DNA of 64,000 bases, from contig JAQGDQ010000141.1 of NCBI GenBank assembly GCA_030141605.1, positions 372,001 through 436,000 on the forward strand. The letters are read 5' to 3'. How positions within the stretch are numbered: position 1 is the first letter of the stretch; every line of letters starts with the position of its first letter. Shown one piece after another: positions 13,701 through 38,819 of this stretch. The notes below the pieces were generated by a model. It made no database searches and had not been told where the DNA came from. It saw only the letters and a list, made by a program, of their open reading frames with translations. Origin of the DNA: Tubiluchus corallicola (taxonomy: Eukaryota > Animalia > Priapulida). The position numbers were made by a program, and so were the translations under genes.

Positions 13701-15113
13701 ATCCCCTCATCGTCTACAAGCTCGCTCTGCAAAGCTATCGTGTTCTCTGTTCTGCATAGTCGCAAGGCTATCTACAGGGGCCTGTATTCGAGCCTTAAAT
13801 ACTTTTGTATGATGCTTTCATTGTGTGCCTTATTACGTGCAACATGTTAAAATTTTACACTATACTGGCATCAAAATCATTGCTACCTGTATCATCCCAA
13901 CGACATGACCAACTGTCCCACTAGCCACTGTGTCTGGATGATCAGTAAAGTTTTCAAATCGGGTTTATCGGGTTCAGCATTCAAATGTTTTGTGGAACTT
14001 GAAACATTGGCGAATGATCAAAACAATAATGAAAATATGGTGTGCTACCAAGCATCAGAGTTGCCTTCCCTCACAAGAGATGGCAGACCCATGGACGGTC
14101 CACCCTGTTAATTTGTTTTAATCGTAAAATATAACCAACTTTATGCAATCCTAAAAGAATATTGACAGCGCTAAACCCAGACAGTAACCCCTATGAGATG
14201 CAAAGATAATCTTACATAATGCTTTTGCTTTTTTGCAGTCTGCTAGGCTACAGCAGAAATTAGCCTACTCTAGGGAACGTCTCATATCTCCATTACAGCA
14301 GCTACCTCCAGTGAAGAGCAAGAAGAGAGTGATCAAGCGATGCTATCAGTGTCATAGAAAAACGGGTCTGGCTACCAGCTACATATGCAGGTTTGTATCA
14401 AGAGAAAAATGTGGAAGCTGGGCTAAAGTCATTTGCTTAAAGGAAGACAGAATGATTTTTCGTATACTATCCCATTTTCAACTCTGATAAAAAGTATACA
14501 TTTAACATGATTAATACTGTAAAAGTATCTCTGATAATTAAATAATAGGTTTAAAACCTAATTAACGGCGGACATTTTCCTGGACCTAATTCACAATTTT
14601 TCCCAAATTTTGACCAAACATCGTGCAAAAAACGTTCTAGCAGTGCCTAGTGGGACTCTCGGAAAGTGATATATAGCTCTTTAGAGATGAGGAGGATACA
14701 CGGTGATGTAGGTACATTTTAGGACGCCTCCATCAAGAGCGGCTCGCGACGAGTTGATTAGCGGTTCCATTTTGGGTGATGCTTGCTTAGAAGGTCATAA
14801 GTATACTGATATGCAAAATTTTTGTGGGGCCTTTGCTAGTGCATGTATAATACCCTCGTTATAGTGGCCAAGCTCACTGTACGCCAACTGTTTTGGCAGT
14901 CCCAAAGTAGGCGGTAATAATTGGTAAAATGGCTATGGATGGATGTGAGCTATATTTGAATTGGAATCTTGTTTCAGATGTGGAAATAACTTTTGCACGA
15001 TGCACAGGTATGCGGAGTCACATGACTGCACGTTTGATTACAAAACTGAAGGACGCAGGTTCATTCATGCCGCCAACCCTGTGGTAGCTGCTCCAAAACT
15101 GCCTAAAATATAA
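1742..15113 (+). CDS. ZFAND4: AN1-type zinc finger protein 4 (N-terminal ubiquitin-like domain, C-terminal AN1 finger), about 773 aa. Exons 1742-1850, 5730-5873, 6330-6384, 6491-6625, 6857-7233, 10681-11778, 11996-12111, 14239-14390, 14978-15113
   Basis: Spliced translation begins [47 protein letters not shown]...[16 protein letters not shown] (Ubl domain, matches ZFAND4/ANUBL1) and ends [62 protein letters not shown] (AN1 finger). All introns are GT-AG with consistent phases; total 2322 nt. Confidence 0.93.
2990..3269. mobile_element. hAT-type MITE
   Basis: Termini TAGGGATGCACCGAA / TTCAGTGCGCCCATA; perfect 8-bp TSD TATGGTCT on both sides. Confidence 0.8.
8142..8654. mobile_element. hAT-type MITE
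   Basis: TIRs CAGGGCCGGCTCTA / TAGAGCTGGCACTG; degenerate 8-bp TSD CATATAAT / GTTATAAT. Confidence 0.7.
9455..9727. repeat. Minisatellite, 26-bp unit (CATGAGATTATTTCTRTGACAAAAAA), about 10 copies
   Basis: The unit recurs at 9467, 9493, 9519, 9545, 9571, 9597, 9623 and 9649, followed by shortened copies; no spacers. Confidence 0.95.
9918..10613. mobile_element. pogo/Tigger-like non-autonomous element
   Basis: Inverted termini AGTCCTCGCTTAACGA / TCGGTAAGCGAGGACTTGCTG followed by TA; a related right end lies at about 21695-21758. Confidence 0.6.
12832..13504. mobile_element. piggyBac-like MITE
   Basis: TTAA on both sides (12828-12831, 13505-13508); TIRs CTCCTTCTGGAC / GTCCCTGAAGGAG. Confidence 0.65.
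14437..14725. mobile_element. Dispersed repeat starting TTAAAGG (possibly Kolobok-like). Its first ~135 bp recur at 23448-23579, and 14632-14722 recurs inverted at about 20610-20710
   Basis: Direct comparison: TTAAAGGAAGACAGAATGATTTTTC...AATTAACGGCGG is present at both sites. Confidence 0.6.
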
Positions 15114-17199
15114 ACATATGCTTTTTGTGTTTTTTATTCTTCGCTTTTTCTTATTCTTCTTTATCATTCTGAACCATTTGGCATTCACGTAATTTAGTAT
15201 AATTATTTAGTTTAAAACTACTATAAAAAGTTTAATTAGTGTTACAATGGCAAACGGCCTTTTAACCTTATATTACAGAAGCTATTTTTGGTTGTTGTTT
15301 ACAATAATCGAGGCGGACATTGCCAAATTACGTGAGAAAGTAACCACCCGTTGTTGTGACATTTATTCTAGAGGAAAATCTTTATTCGGACGCCGAATAA
15401 CCCCATTTTGCCAGTTTAAATGAAAGCATTTGCAATTTTACCTACTAATGTAATATTGGGCGTTTTTGCATTCTCTGTTGTATATTCACATTTTCTGTGT
15501 TTTCATGAGTTGCAATTTTCAGCTTTAGTGTGAATAACGTTAAACGTAAAAAATATGCTTTTCATGGGATTATTCATCTTACTGCTTTTACATGTTACAC
15601 TATTCAATACTGTACTTTTCACTATACTCCTTCTAGACTTTCATTATTGCTTTTTAATGATAAAGATGGCCACTTGCCTACTCAATCATTTAAATGTTGT
15701 AGCTGTATAAAATTTCTCAAGCATTTTCAATCAATTTTTTTCGTTCGTTAATTATCATTGTGAGAGTGTAGTTTGTCGTCAGTTTTAATTTTGTTTTGGA
15801 AAAGATATTTTAGTTATGCTTTTGACGATTGATTTAGTGTAATCAGGATTGTTGGATTATATTGTTTCGGTTGCTGCAATAGTTGTTAGTCAGTTTTCGA
15901 TCAATGTATTAAAAATTGTTTGCAAGTGCAAAATCAGATGTGCGTTATTAGTGATTTTTTTACCAGTCAATTCTTTGTTTTTTCCTTTCAAATACCAAAT
16001 GCTATACGGCGTAAACTGTGACTTGTATGAAATCATTTTTTTAAAATGTGTCATGTCTTGTGTGTGAAGTCTGAACATAATCATATCGTCAAATTAGAAT
16101 AGTTTAAAATGCCATTGGATGTTGATATTGCATTGACTTTACTTTCTTTGCCAAAATTTGTTAAAAAACAATGCTTAAATATGTAATAAATGGATATGAC
16201 ATAGAATTTAAATAAATTACATTATAGTAAAGTAATAGGAGTAATGATATTGATAAAGTTTATGGTACAGTAGTTTATCGAACAAAAAAACGCATTCGCT
16301 TCAGCATTTGTCATAAACAAGTTGGTTTAGCAGTATGTGACTTGTAGTGTCAGTGACTTATTTTTTCCAAGTAATGTTTGTTTTATACCATTCAAAGAAC
16401 GATCGGATTCGCTTATATAAGCTATGTAAATGTCATGTGGCAGACTTTGATTGCTTGGCTACCTTTTATTGTTGTGTACTTAATTTTACAATTTTCATGT
16501 GTTATGTGAGTTACATGAAATACGAATATTATCGGTTGTTTTAATGGTGTCTTCGTTTTTTATTTTAAAGTGCAGTGACTTTGCGTAATTACGTTGGACT
16601 GGAATTATAGACACTCAAAACTTGAATGATACATTTTTCAAAATTAATTAAATATTTTTGATCTTGATTGTACAACTATTGTGTGGTCTCACTGCATTCA
16701 GAACTAGCCAAAAGCTAGCCGTCACTATCTGGGCTATATTTCGAATCAGGGAAACATCTGACTGTTACTGTATTAATGCATTTTCTTTTCAAAAATCCAC
16801 CAGGCCGTGATTACTCTAATAGCTACTGCAACTAAAATTACAATCAAAGCTTGCATTGCAAAATGTTACTTAAGTTCTACTATTTTGCCATTTACTGCTT
16901 AAACTCGAATCCATGCCAAATTTCTTTTGCAAACTTTGGAGTTAAATGATAATACAGTTAACATAGCAATTCCGTTGTTTATATAGCTTTGATAATTATA
17001 AGACAACAAAAGCAAATCAAAATTCGCACTTTTCCTGCACTTTTAAAAACGAAAGTGAAAAATTTTATTTCATTTATCTGTGCAATGACGGCACATCAAA
17101 ATTGCGTGTGCATACAATATTTTACAGCATTCATTACAGTATCACTATTCTGAAGCTGATGCAGTGGTAAAGATTCTAGCACTTTGTTATTCTCACTGG

Positions 17200-17705
17200 C
17201 AGTAGCGGCTCGTGTATAGGTACTGTAGAACTGCAGCACCCTCCATTTTCACTCAATATTATCGATAATATTCAATGTAATAGGTCTTTTTCTTTAGTCC
17301 TTTCTTTGTAAATGTACGTAACCAAAGCACGTGAAGGTAGTACTGTTTGCTTCGCAGCCCAGCACAGTGCACTCCAGCAACATAGTGTTTGGCTGTTGTG
17401 CACATGCAGCCATGCGCACAGGTAGAGGAAGTACTGTCGCTCACACAGTTTGTTGTCAGTTTTCACGTGCTTACCGTGAATGGATCAAGCTTGAACTGTG
17501 ACAATATAGGCTATTAGTAAGCAAAAAAATTTTTGTTTACAATTTTAACAAGTTTATGTATAAAATTTGGTATTGTTGTTTGCTTAAAATTACAATTACA
17601 ACATTAAAATTATACATGTTTGTTTCGTTTTACACACTATTAAAACAATGGCTAAAAAATTTTTGGGAGCAGCACCCCACTAATTTTAGCTATGAGCCGC
17701 CACTG
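17200..17705. mobile_element. hAT-type MITE, family A copy 1
   Basis: TIRs CAGTAGCGGCTCGT / ATGAGCCGCCACTG; 8-bp TSD CTCACTGG / CTCACTGT. Confidence 0.85.
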
Positions 17706-18207
17706 CTCACTGTTATAAAACATTATCATTACTAATGTTCATGAAATTAAAATCTGTGCTACACATGACAATGGCAATCTACACAATTTACATAGAATGA
17801 ATTATGCCTCTTCTACTGATTGATGACAATTTGACAACATCAATGATCAATTCATAATTACTTGCTTATAGACTACAATGCATACATTTCACCACATGTG
17901 TATGCACTCATTGTTTTGAAACTCGTCCCATAAACTTGGTAAAACCATGCTACAACATCACAAATTCTTTTCTGGCTCCTGCATGAAAGGGACAAAAAAC
18001 TAGTAATCTAAGGGCTTTCTGAATTCTGCATAAATATATGCAATAATCTAAAGTTGGACATTATCACAGTGCAGATTGATCAGACCTACAATCTAATTTA
18101 TAGGGTAGGTCAGGTTAATTAAATGTATTTTCTTTAGCAAATAAGTTACATGAGTTTATATATCCATGATTATTTACGATTTATTTATTTATTTATTAAA
18201 TATATCC

Positions 18208-18455
18208 AGATGCATTTAGACTAGCAAGTTTTCTGTTTGACAGCAAACTTGCAAGTGAACTGCGTTGCGAGTTACTGTAAGCAAGAAATTGCAAATCCTT
18301 TGAACGTTGCTGCGAGTTACTGCCTAGTGTGAACGCTTCGGCGAGTTACTCTCGACACTTCTTGCAGTGAATAGATCAGTGAGTGTCAGCTTGCGTTTCT
18401 GACGGAGAATTGATGAGTTACTTGGCGAAAAAACTCGCTAGTCTGAAAGCACTTT
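18208..18455. mobile_element. MITE with GCGAGTTAC-type subrepeats; related copies at about 44097-44355 and 46210-46340
   Basis: Inverted termini GCATTTAGACTAGCAAGTTTT / AAAACTCGCTAGTCTGAAAGC; similar sequence at three sites. Confidence 0.65.
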
Positions 18456-19110
18456 CGTGTTACTTGAAACCGTTAATGATAAAAGGAGACAACGTGAGAT
18501 TTACAATACCAATCTTTTCAGGGCCCAAGAACAAACTACACAAAACGTGAAACTAGTAAAAAGCCATGTATGCAAAAATAATCTGCTACAACATAAGTGC
18601 ATCATATTTATTTGTTTCAAGATTTGTAGCATTTGCGTATTTTTCTTAACAAGATTTATCGTTATATCTATGTATGCATTTTACATAGTGAACATATATC
18701 TTATGACCACTGAGGAATTATGGGTAGTGAGTAAAAATATAGGTGCTTTGACAATCTCAAATCTTCGGTATTATAATGTAGACCGTGAGCACAAAAAGTG
18801 AGCAATTTAAGGACATAATTTCTGCAATTAACAAAGTTTGTAGAAATTTTATAACAATTTACGAACCATCTGCACACACAACATACAAACAACAATTTTG
18901 TTTAGACTTTAGTTTTCCTGCACTGTGTATGAACTGTTTACGTCAACAAGTACATAAATCTTGACAAATTTCACAAAAGCTACACTAAAAAAAGTGTAAC
19001 TTTGGAGTTCCACACTTAATTGACACATTCCAAACAACTTGCACACAAACAAAATGGCAACACGTAACACAATCATCTATCTTAAAAATCAGCAAACAAC
19101 TACACACTAT

Positions 19111-20059
19111 TAGGGGTGGGCAAACATCAACAAAATTAAATTTGAATCAAATCGAATTCAAACTGTATCAAATTTTCAAATTTTGAATTCAAATCGAATA
19201 TGAATTTAATGTAGTTTAAAGACTTTGCAAATAAATTTTGAATGAGCAATAAGAATAATAATGTGTTATTAAATAAAACTGGTTATAAAAAATAAATTTA
19301 GCTCTAAGTTGTCGAATATTGTATAGCTCAGAAATGGTGCTGACAAGCAACTGGTATATCGCAGTGTCTACTGTGCCAGATTTTTGTTGTGTTTACCTGT
19401 CTTGTGGGCAGATTTCGTTCACTTTAGAACTCCGCCCATTTTGACGGTAAGTTAATGTGAATACACTGCGTAAAGTTTGAAAAAATAACCAGAGCATTCG
19501 TAGTGGACACTTTGCTAACCAATCACCTGTATAAATTGCTTTATCTTGTCAATAAGATTAAAAAGTTTTTTTTTTCAATGAGTCGATGTTGTGTATTGGC
19601 ATTCTAGTTACAGGTGTTTCAAGCACGTAATTGTGATGCTAAGTAATACAACTTTGTGTGGAAAGTTTTTTGGGATATGCTTGCCTTTTCTTCTCCCTTA
19701 AACAACACCAAAATAGGCTATAGGTACTTGCTTCTACAGAACATTCTAACAATACAAACATTTTCTAAATTATTATAGTACGACCTGCAGTGCAGACTGC
19801 AGACGACCGACAAGGCTGACCAGATAATTGACGCATAATGCTTTTGTTCTACAATAAAAACTAGTAAAAATTTGATAAAAAAGTGCACAGAAATTGCTGC
19901 AAAATTTTCCTGATAGCATGACATTTCAAATATTTTAATGACAAAGAACAAATGTAATTACAATGTTGAGTTATTCTATTCCATAATTTCAGAGTTGAAT
20001 CAAATTCAAATGAAAAAAATTGTTTGAATTGAACTTGAGGGTTCGAATGCTCACCCCTA
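19111..20059. mobile_element. hAT-like non-autonomous element with TTCGAA-rich subterminal repeats. An internal part resembles about 42620-42935; a related end lies at about 48645-48784
   Basis: Termini TAGGGGTGGGCA / TGCTCACCCCTA; degenerate flanks CACACTAT / TGCACTAC. Confidence 0.65.
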
Positions 20060-20208
20060 TGCACTACACAAACAAAGATTTAAAACGGATTGCCAAATAC
20101 AACCTAATTTACAAACTACACTTCAAACGTAAACAGAAAATATGACATGACGTTGCCAGCAAACTAAAATCGTTGCTATGGCTACAGTGCATAGCAATTC
20201 TTGAGCAA

Positions 20209-31625
<11,417 letters not shown>

Positions 31626-32939
31626 CTACAGAAATTAATACTGAACCAAAAGAAGCTATTGCATCTTTAAATAAAACTATAACACTGTATTATTATAGTG
31701 TAGAATTTAATTTCACTGTAAAATAATATGATTTTCCTGTTGAGGCTACACAACAGGAACAGTAATTAACAAAAAACGTAAAAATAATTTAGGAATAACA
31801 AAGTATACAAAACCTAATAATGGCAAAAAATAAAATCTAATTTTAGTTAGTGTGTAAGCTGCTATAAAACAAGTTTTGCAGTAAATTTCAGCTCTATTTG
31901 CATACCTAAACACCGCTTGTTCCATTGTTAGTAGCAAGATTATGAAATAAACTATGCAAAAGCAAAAATATGCAACTTCACAGCCAAAAATTAGCAACAA
32001 AAAAATTCTCACAAAAAAGTTATACGAAATCCCAAATCTACACTGAGATCATAAAATGATCGAACGGTATAAGGTGTTTTACGCCCTCAGGGATTTATCT
32101 TCAGCAGATATCTACAAAATGCCCAGGCACAGCTATAGCAAAGGTTTGCTAGCTGTGCTAAACGGCAGACAGGTAATACGTAGAGGTCACAGTGCAGGCC
32201 TCAGTAGAACCATGAATAAATAAAGTAAATTGATTACCATACTGCTGTTGCTAACTGGAAATACCTACGGTCCAGAGTTGCACATTTAAAAAAGAAAACC
32301 CTTAGACATTAGCTGTTACATTCTTCTGTGGTGCAAGCAATGATGCCTACTGTTGTGCATGTAAATCCAGTCACTTTTAGATTATCGAATCATGCAATTA
32401 TAAAAGATTACAACTACAGCTTGAACGTACAGCATCATAAAACCTGAAGCGGAAATTTTTCTTTCTTAAAAACTAGTCTTTTATGGTGGCTTGTCAGAAT
32501 ATGGTGCGACTGTTGGTTAACAGTTTTGCAAACAGATAAAGTAAAGATGGCAGAAACATTCCTAGACTATTGCTCTCACATTTCATAATCATTCTGAGTG
32601 TGAGTTCACAATTTTGCTCATCACTCAAAAACCAAAAAATGATTTTTTTCTAGATTAAAAGCTTCATTTAAATTTTTCTACGTCAGCATTCTCGACATCA
32701 TTTTTCTTATTAATCAAAGAATCATTTTCTCTAACAATACAGGTCTGGTATTAAATTTAAAAGCAGGAGCATTTTGGCACATATTTAGGTTTGAACAGAA
32801 ACAGAACATTTAGAAACAGGACATCTGAACAGCAGTAATCTTATAAGTTAGATATAAGACAATCAAACAAAGTGAGTTTAAAAAAAAATTAAGACATCAT
32901 AACACCTAGTGATACATGAATTTTTGACAGATACATTTT

Positions 32940-33350
32940 AATGTAAACAAGCTAAGACATATGGAAGATGGAATGCAGAGATGTTTAAACAAGCCAGAAG
33001 TCCTGAAAGCCAGTGCACAGAAAAATTTGGGCACAAAAAATAAAAAAAGTTACGTCCACAAAAACATTCGGGCACTGGAAGTCCGGACACAGGAAGCTTT
33101 TTGCAAAGCATGTTTTGACACAGGAATGCTTAGACATGAAATAGTCGGTACAAGATGTTTGGGCCTAAGCATGGACAAAAAGAGATTGCATAAGAATGTT
33201 TGTACACAAAGATGTTGGGGCGCAGAGAAATTTAGATACAAGAGCTTGTGCACAAGGATGTTGAGGGGTGAGGGAAGGTATGAATCAGGAAAGCTTATGC
33301 ACAAGTCTACAGACACAAGGCAGGATGGACAACCCAGTGTGACATTTGGA
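32940..33350. repeat. Degenerate ~20-nt tandem array (GACACAGGAATGTTTG-like); similar array at about 61165-61640
   Basis: Recurrent GRCACARRRA...TTG units; accounts for the spurious ORFs 32961-33380 and 33050-33391. Confidence 0.6.
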
Positions 33351-36300
33351 TGCAAGGCAATTTCAATTCTGTTTAAATGAACTTGGTTCAACTCACCATA
33401 GTTTAATTTAACTCAAACAATCCTGTCACAACTTAACCCAAATGAGCTTACTTTAAGATCTTAACTCACTGCTGTCATAATTTCTATAATTTTCTCATTT
33501 TTTCTGTTCTTTCTTTTCTCATTTTAGCTATAATATTTTTCCTTGCCATTTTCTATACATTACGCTTGTATAAATAGATTCCCTCTTCTTATTTCTACTT
33601 CATATTCAGGAGTTCTTACAGGCTAATATAAGCTTCTTGAGCTACTATAGTAGCATTGTCGGGAGCAGAGTAGGGCACTAGCCGAAGCAGCGCATGATGC
33701 TGTACATCGGCTAGCCCAAGTAGGACACACGTACATAGGCTGCCCAAGTAAGGCAATAGAGACAGGTCACGAATTGAGCCCTGTTAACCTTAGCGGCAGT
33801 GTCCTTTGTCCGTGTTTATTTAGTAATAATAATAATAATAATAAAAATGTCAATATGCTTTGAATAATTTATTAAATGTGTGCTTGCATAGCAAAATCAC
33901 CCATAAGTCGGCAATTAAGCTTTTCTAGTTATTCACACATCCTGAATCTCCATTTCACGAGGATCATTTTGGTACCAAGCTCATCGCTCTATGTTATTTC
34001 TAAGCTGAGATAATCTAGGTTGAAGTTGAGGTGCACTTTAAAAACTAATTTTGAGAAAAATGCTTGAGAAAAAATTATATATAAGGAAATAAAATAATCA
34101 GTATTAGTAAAGAAGGCTTTTGTCGCATCATCCTTTAAAGTAAGCATGACTTCTATGTTTGACTTATCACTGTGGTATTGATTCAGTTCACCACTTTTAT
34201 ATCATACTGGTGAACAACACTAGAGAGCTAAATCAGCCTTCTTCTTCAGCGAACGAGTTGGAAAAGTCACTGCAAAACAATACCTATGCACTGCATGCTG
34301 GTACCGAAACACCTGGTCGAACAAGTTTTCATGACGCCAAACTGAAGGCATCTCAGGCGACAAGCACAATTTTTAATAAAGCTTTTACAAAATTTTTAAA
34401 AATTTGTCAAAATTCTCGATGTAAAGTTAAAAGAGTGAGAGAAATCGCCAGTGCGCTATTTGGGCTGCCCGTGTATAACATTGGTTTTTGCAAATTTAGT
34501 GCAACTGTCCTACATCGACTAGGCCCCTTTCTCCGCGCCGCATTATCATAAATGAAATCAATTGAAATCAGTATAGCTCTTGCTAGTATTAGTGTTCAAA
34601 ATTTTAATTTAGAAATGTGGCGACTTGACCAAGGTGCTGTGAAAAAAGTTCAGCATGGACCAGTCAGATTACATGCAAACAGGAAAACTGTTTAGCAGAG
34701 AGAATTGAAGGGAATAAGAGGCGCAACTGACTGTCCTGTACACAACAGTGAAAAGACCAAGCCTTTACTAGAATAAAGCTAATTATTACAAACAGCAAAT
34801 GGCTTTACGTAACTTAGTCTTTTTTTCAACATGTTAAGTATTATATACTATTAATGACGTGAACCAAATCAAGGCAATCTACATACCCAAATGAATTAAC
34901 GTTTTTTGCCATTTTTACAGTACGTAGTCTAGGCACGAATTAAATAGGTATTGAGTGTTTAATAAATAAATCAGTAGTAATTATACGTTAGTCGTCACCA
35001 AACCACATGTTGATCAACCATGCATAAACAACGGAACATCCCAGTGCTACTAGATCCAGGCGTGGGCGTGCAGACACACCGATTAGTTGGCTACATCTGT
35101 TCATTCACTTCGTTTTGATCCGGTTAACACGAATGCATTTTTTATCAAGTTTTGAACAAAATTTCACAGAATGCCTTAAAAACGCGAGATAAAATTTAAA
35201 CAAAAATCGCATAAAGCCGTGCACTCCTTTGCAATAGCACAGAAGATCTCGGGTCGGCCCCAACATCGCATTTGCAACTGTTGATGTTACTCGTGTGTTA
35301 AATTGTCAGCGAGTCTTTTAAGCATTAAAATGTACTACTGTACAAATTAAGCGCACTCAATACCAGAAGAGGATATAATTGTGCATTATGTCAAAAATGA
35401 TCTGTTAAAATTTGTGATCACACGCGCATATTCAGTCACTGAACAGACAACAATGTAGCAACTACGTATGCACATGATGTATTTAATTTAAATGTGTATG
35501 TTAATCATTGTTAGCAGAAATTAAAAACAACAGAAACACAAACAAGTTTAAGGTAGCAAAAACTGTTTCACAAAATTACGTTTATTGCCATAAATTCGTA
35601 ATTCACGATAACCAGATAACATTCTTGGTAAAATTATTTCTGGAAACTGCATCTGTCATAATGTACTGAGAGTGATTTACTAATCAAACTACATTCACAT
35701 GTCAGTTCAGCAATGCGATACACTGGAATGTTTAATACTAATGAGGGCCTGCGGATGTTTAAGCTAATTAAAAAAATTAGTCAGTGTTACATACAAGATA
35801 AAATTTTAAGTAATTCTACATACTGGTGGGTGCAATTCAATTACATTATTCAATAATCAATTATTCTGCTTCAGCACTGAACAAAGGTATTTATTACTTG
35901 AAACTGAAAATGCACAGCGATACTTCTTACAATTTGCTATGAAATGCCAAATTGCCCATGATGCTGAATGAGCATCCTGAATGTCACGTCTGCACTTGTT
36001 ACTTTCTAACAAAATAGCTAGCAATGAACAGTAGATTACCGAAGTAAAAAGTAATTAATAACTGCTCTCACCAGTAAGTACAATTACGAAAAAGTACAAT
36101 AGAAATATGAAGTACAACGGAACATTTAAGACAGTTGTGAGGTGAAGCAGCCATCTTTTAAAGGCTCGCTAGACCTTGTTTTAGATGCTCAACAGCAAAT
36201 TATGCCATACAAATATCAAAGAAACTAGCTTTACACACATCACAGCAGAGAACGCAACAAGCAAATACAGAACATTGCATCAAAACATCGACGTTACATA

Positions 36301-36519
36301 AAGAAACATCTTGAAAGCTTGCCTGCACAAGTTCCATAATTCCATTTGCTATAACTGATGTAAAACACCGGGTTATAATACTACAAAAGCAAATATAGGA
36401 AAAGTTCACCAAAACTACTGAAACTAGAAAAAAAGTATCATTATTTTTATGATGCTAATTGCAAGTTTTATTGAAATACAACTCTTTTATGGTGTGGTAG
36501 GAGAAATCACTGTGACTGT

Positions 36520-38744
36520 TTAGCACTGGCCAGAATCGGCAATTATTATCTTCTTGCTGGTTTTGCCACTCTGACTTCCGAAACTCTCCACATTCTTCAC
36601 TACATCCATACCCTCGACGACCTTGCCAAACACAACATGCTTGCCATCCAACCTTGGAAAAGAAAACGACAAAATCTTAAAGAGTCAGTCAGTGACGAAA
36701 AACTATTGAAAATCCATCACTCCGTCAATCTTTCAATAAAAAAACACAAAACTAGATACTATTTTAATATACAAACAGATTTCACAATGATAGCGGAAAC
36801 AGGAATGTTCCAGCGATGCTTAAATGCCTTCCCATTACAGGAAATCAGATATTCAATTACAACCACAACAATCACAGTCAATTGACAAGAGCTAATAATC
36901 TTCTTTTTAGTACTCAATGGTAGTGTTGTTCTGATTAACCGATTTCAGCAAAAGTCAGTCAACCATGACGTATGACTCAGTGCTCAATCATAAAGTTTAA
37001 TGACAAATGATAATTGCTTAATACCATAAGACTAACATTTTGCACACTTCACCAATCATATCAACCATTTAATTGCAATTCAAAAACTATCTTACTAAAA
37101 GGCAAAAAGAACTATCAATTAGAGCCAAAACAAAATAAGAGATAAAACAACAATCACAGACTTAATGTTCTAATTTCATACTGACGCAACCAAATGTTAC
37201 GATCGTTGCTGAAGGTTAATGACTGATCATAGAAATGCGACCAAATGCCAACACTGCTCAATTGCAGATCGTAATTAATGCAGATAGTTGCGGCAAGACG
37301 GAAATCCGGCTCAGATACGATTGAATATAAACATCCTTCCTCAACGATGTAAACAGCAAGAATCAGCACTTGAAATTAAAACCACATACAGCAAGTATGT
37401 AATCCAACGGTCACCTATCCACTCACTGACCAGCTTCAGTTGCTAAGTGCAAACTACGAAGCATTCGGTTATTTCCCTTGCGAAATACAATACCGAAAAA
37501 TTTGCAAAAAATGCAAATTAATAAACATTCAATAGCATGTTAGGAGCTGACCTAGCAAGAACAAGACCTATCAAATTAATAAGAATAACATTAATGCAAA
37601 AAGTCTAAAACTACGTACCATTCAGTTTTCACAGTGCACAGAAAGAACTGAGAGCCATTAGTATTTGGCCCTGCATTAGCCATGGACAAAATTCCTGTAA
37701 CAAATGTGAACATTTTCAACTGATTCACACAAAACACTACAAAGTAGTAAAATAGAAAAAAATTCAAATTAGAATGCAAATACAAAATGAAAAGCGTCGA
37801 AATGTCAGTACTTTGGCTCATAATACCAGCACAAACAACAAAAGTCATTTACCAGGTCCGGTGTGCTTCAGCTTGAAGTTTTCATCAGCAAACTTAGCTC
37901 CATAGATACTCTTTCCACCAGTTCCATTGTGATTGGTGAAGTCACCACCCTGGCACATGAAGTTGGGGATGACACGATGGAAGGTGCTGCCCTTGTAGCC
38001 AAATCCCTTCTCCCCAGTGCAAAGAGCACGAAAATTTTCTGTAGAACAAAAAAAGGAAAGAAGTATTTCACAAACATGTATATTGGATTGTCACAGAGTA
38101 CAGAGTTTGCACTACACATACTTGTAATTATCATACTTTGAAACATTCTAAGACAAATTACCTTTCTTTAACTAGAATACTTACATTGCCATGGGCTGTC
38201 TAGTTAAGATGATTATAATTTATTACCAATTATACTTTATAGTTAAAAGAAATAAAATTGCATTTCAGATGTAGTAAACAAAGTACCTGCAGTTTTTGGA
38301 ACAGTATCAGCAGCCAACTGCAAGAAAAAAATTATATTATGTTAGTACAATTTGCACACAAGAACGTTCATACATGCCAAGCTGCCAGGCACTCAACTTT
38401 CATTTGACCTTGACCGATATTGCATGATGTACATCAGCTGGGATAGCCGGGTTTTTAAATCAAATTGTTACAATACGAAGATACTGCATATAGACAACGA
38501 TAATGTTCCTTACTTTAATTAAAAACCTACACATTAATTAATGACAAAACCAAGCACATAAGCAATTACAAAGAAAAGCTAATATTCCATAAATGACTCT
38601 GATAAACCATTTCAGGTTTTACAAATTTGTAGCTTCAACAATGATGTTCAAATATAAAAAAAGTAATCATAGTACCTCCATTACAATACGACCGACTGGG
38701 CTGCCATCGGCTGTAATGTCAAAGAAGCACCTCGGGTTTGTCAT
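36520..38744 (-). CDS. PPIA: Peptidyl-prolyl cis-trans isomerase, cyclophilin A/F type, 164 aa. Exons 38744-38676, 38317-38287, 38038-37853, 37694-37619, 36652-36520
   Basis: Spliced translation [80 protein letters not shown]...[42 protein letters not shown]...IIIADSGQC*; 495 nt; minus-strand AATAAA about 50 nt after the stop. Confidence 0.96.
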
Positions 38745-38819
38745 GGTGCTCAGCAAACAACGAAAAGTCCTTAAAGAACCAATAACTGCAAAATTTAAAA
38801 GTCTTTTGCACAGGGCGGC

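Noticed and set aside
34159-34551. 130-aa plus-strand ORF and most other 60-140 aa track ORFs
   Set aside because: Non-ATG or weak starts, no recognisable motif or splice support; many lie in repeats.
37863-38146. ORF-track ORFs overlapping real exons (37863-38141, 37868-38146, 11426-11731, 43466-43651, 60262-60510)
   Set aside because: Antisense or alternate-frame shadows of conserved coding exons, with no recognisable protein.
38335-38455. Two-hairpin H/ACA-like fold in cyclophilin intron 1
   Set aside because: The ACA overlaps the TACTAAC branch point, and the pocket-to-box distances do not fit the 14-15 nt rule.
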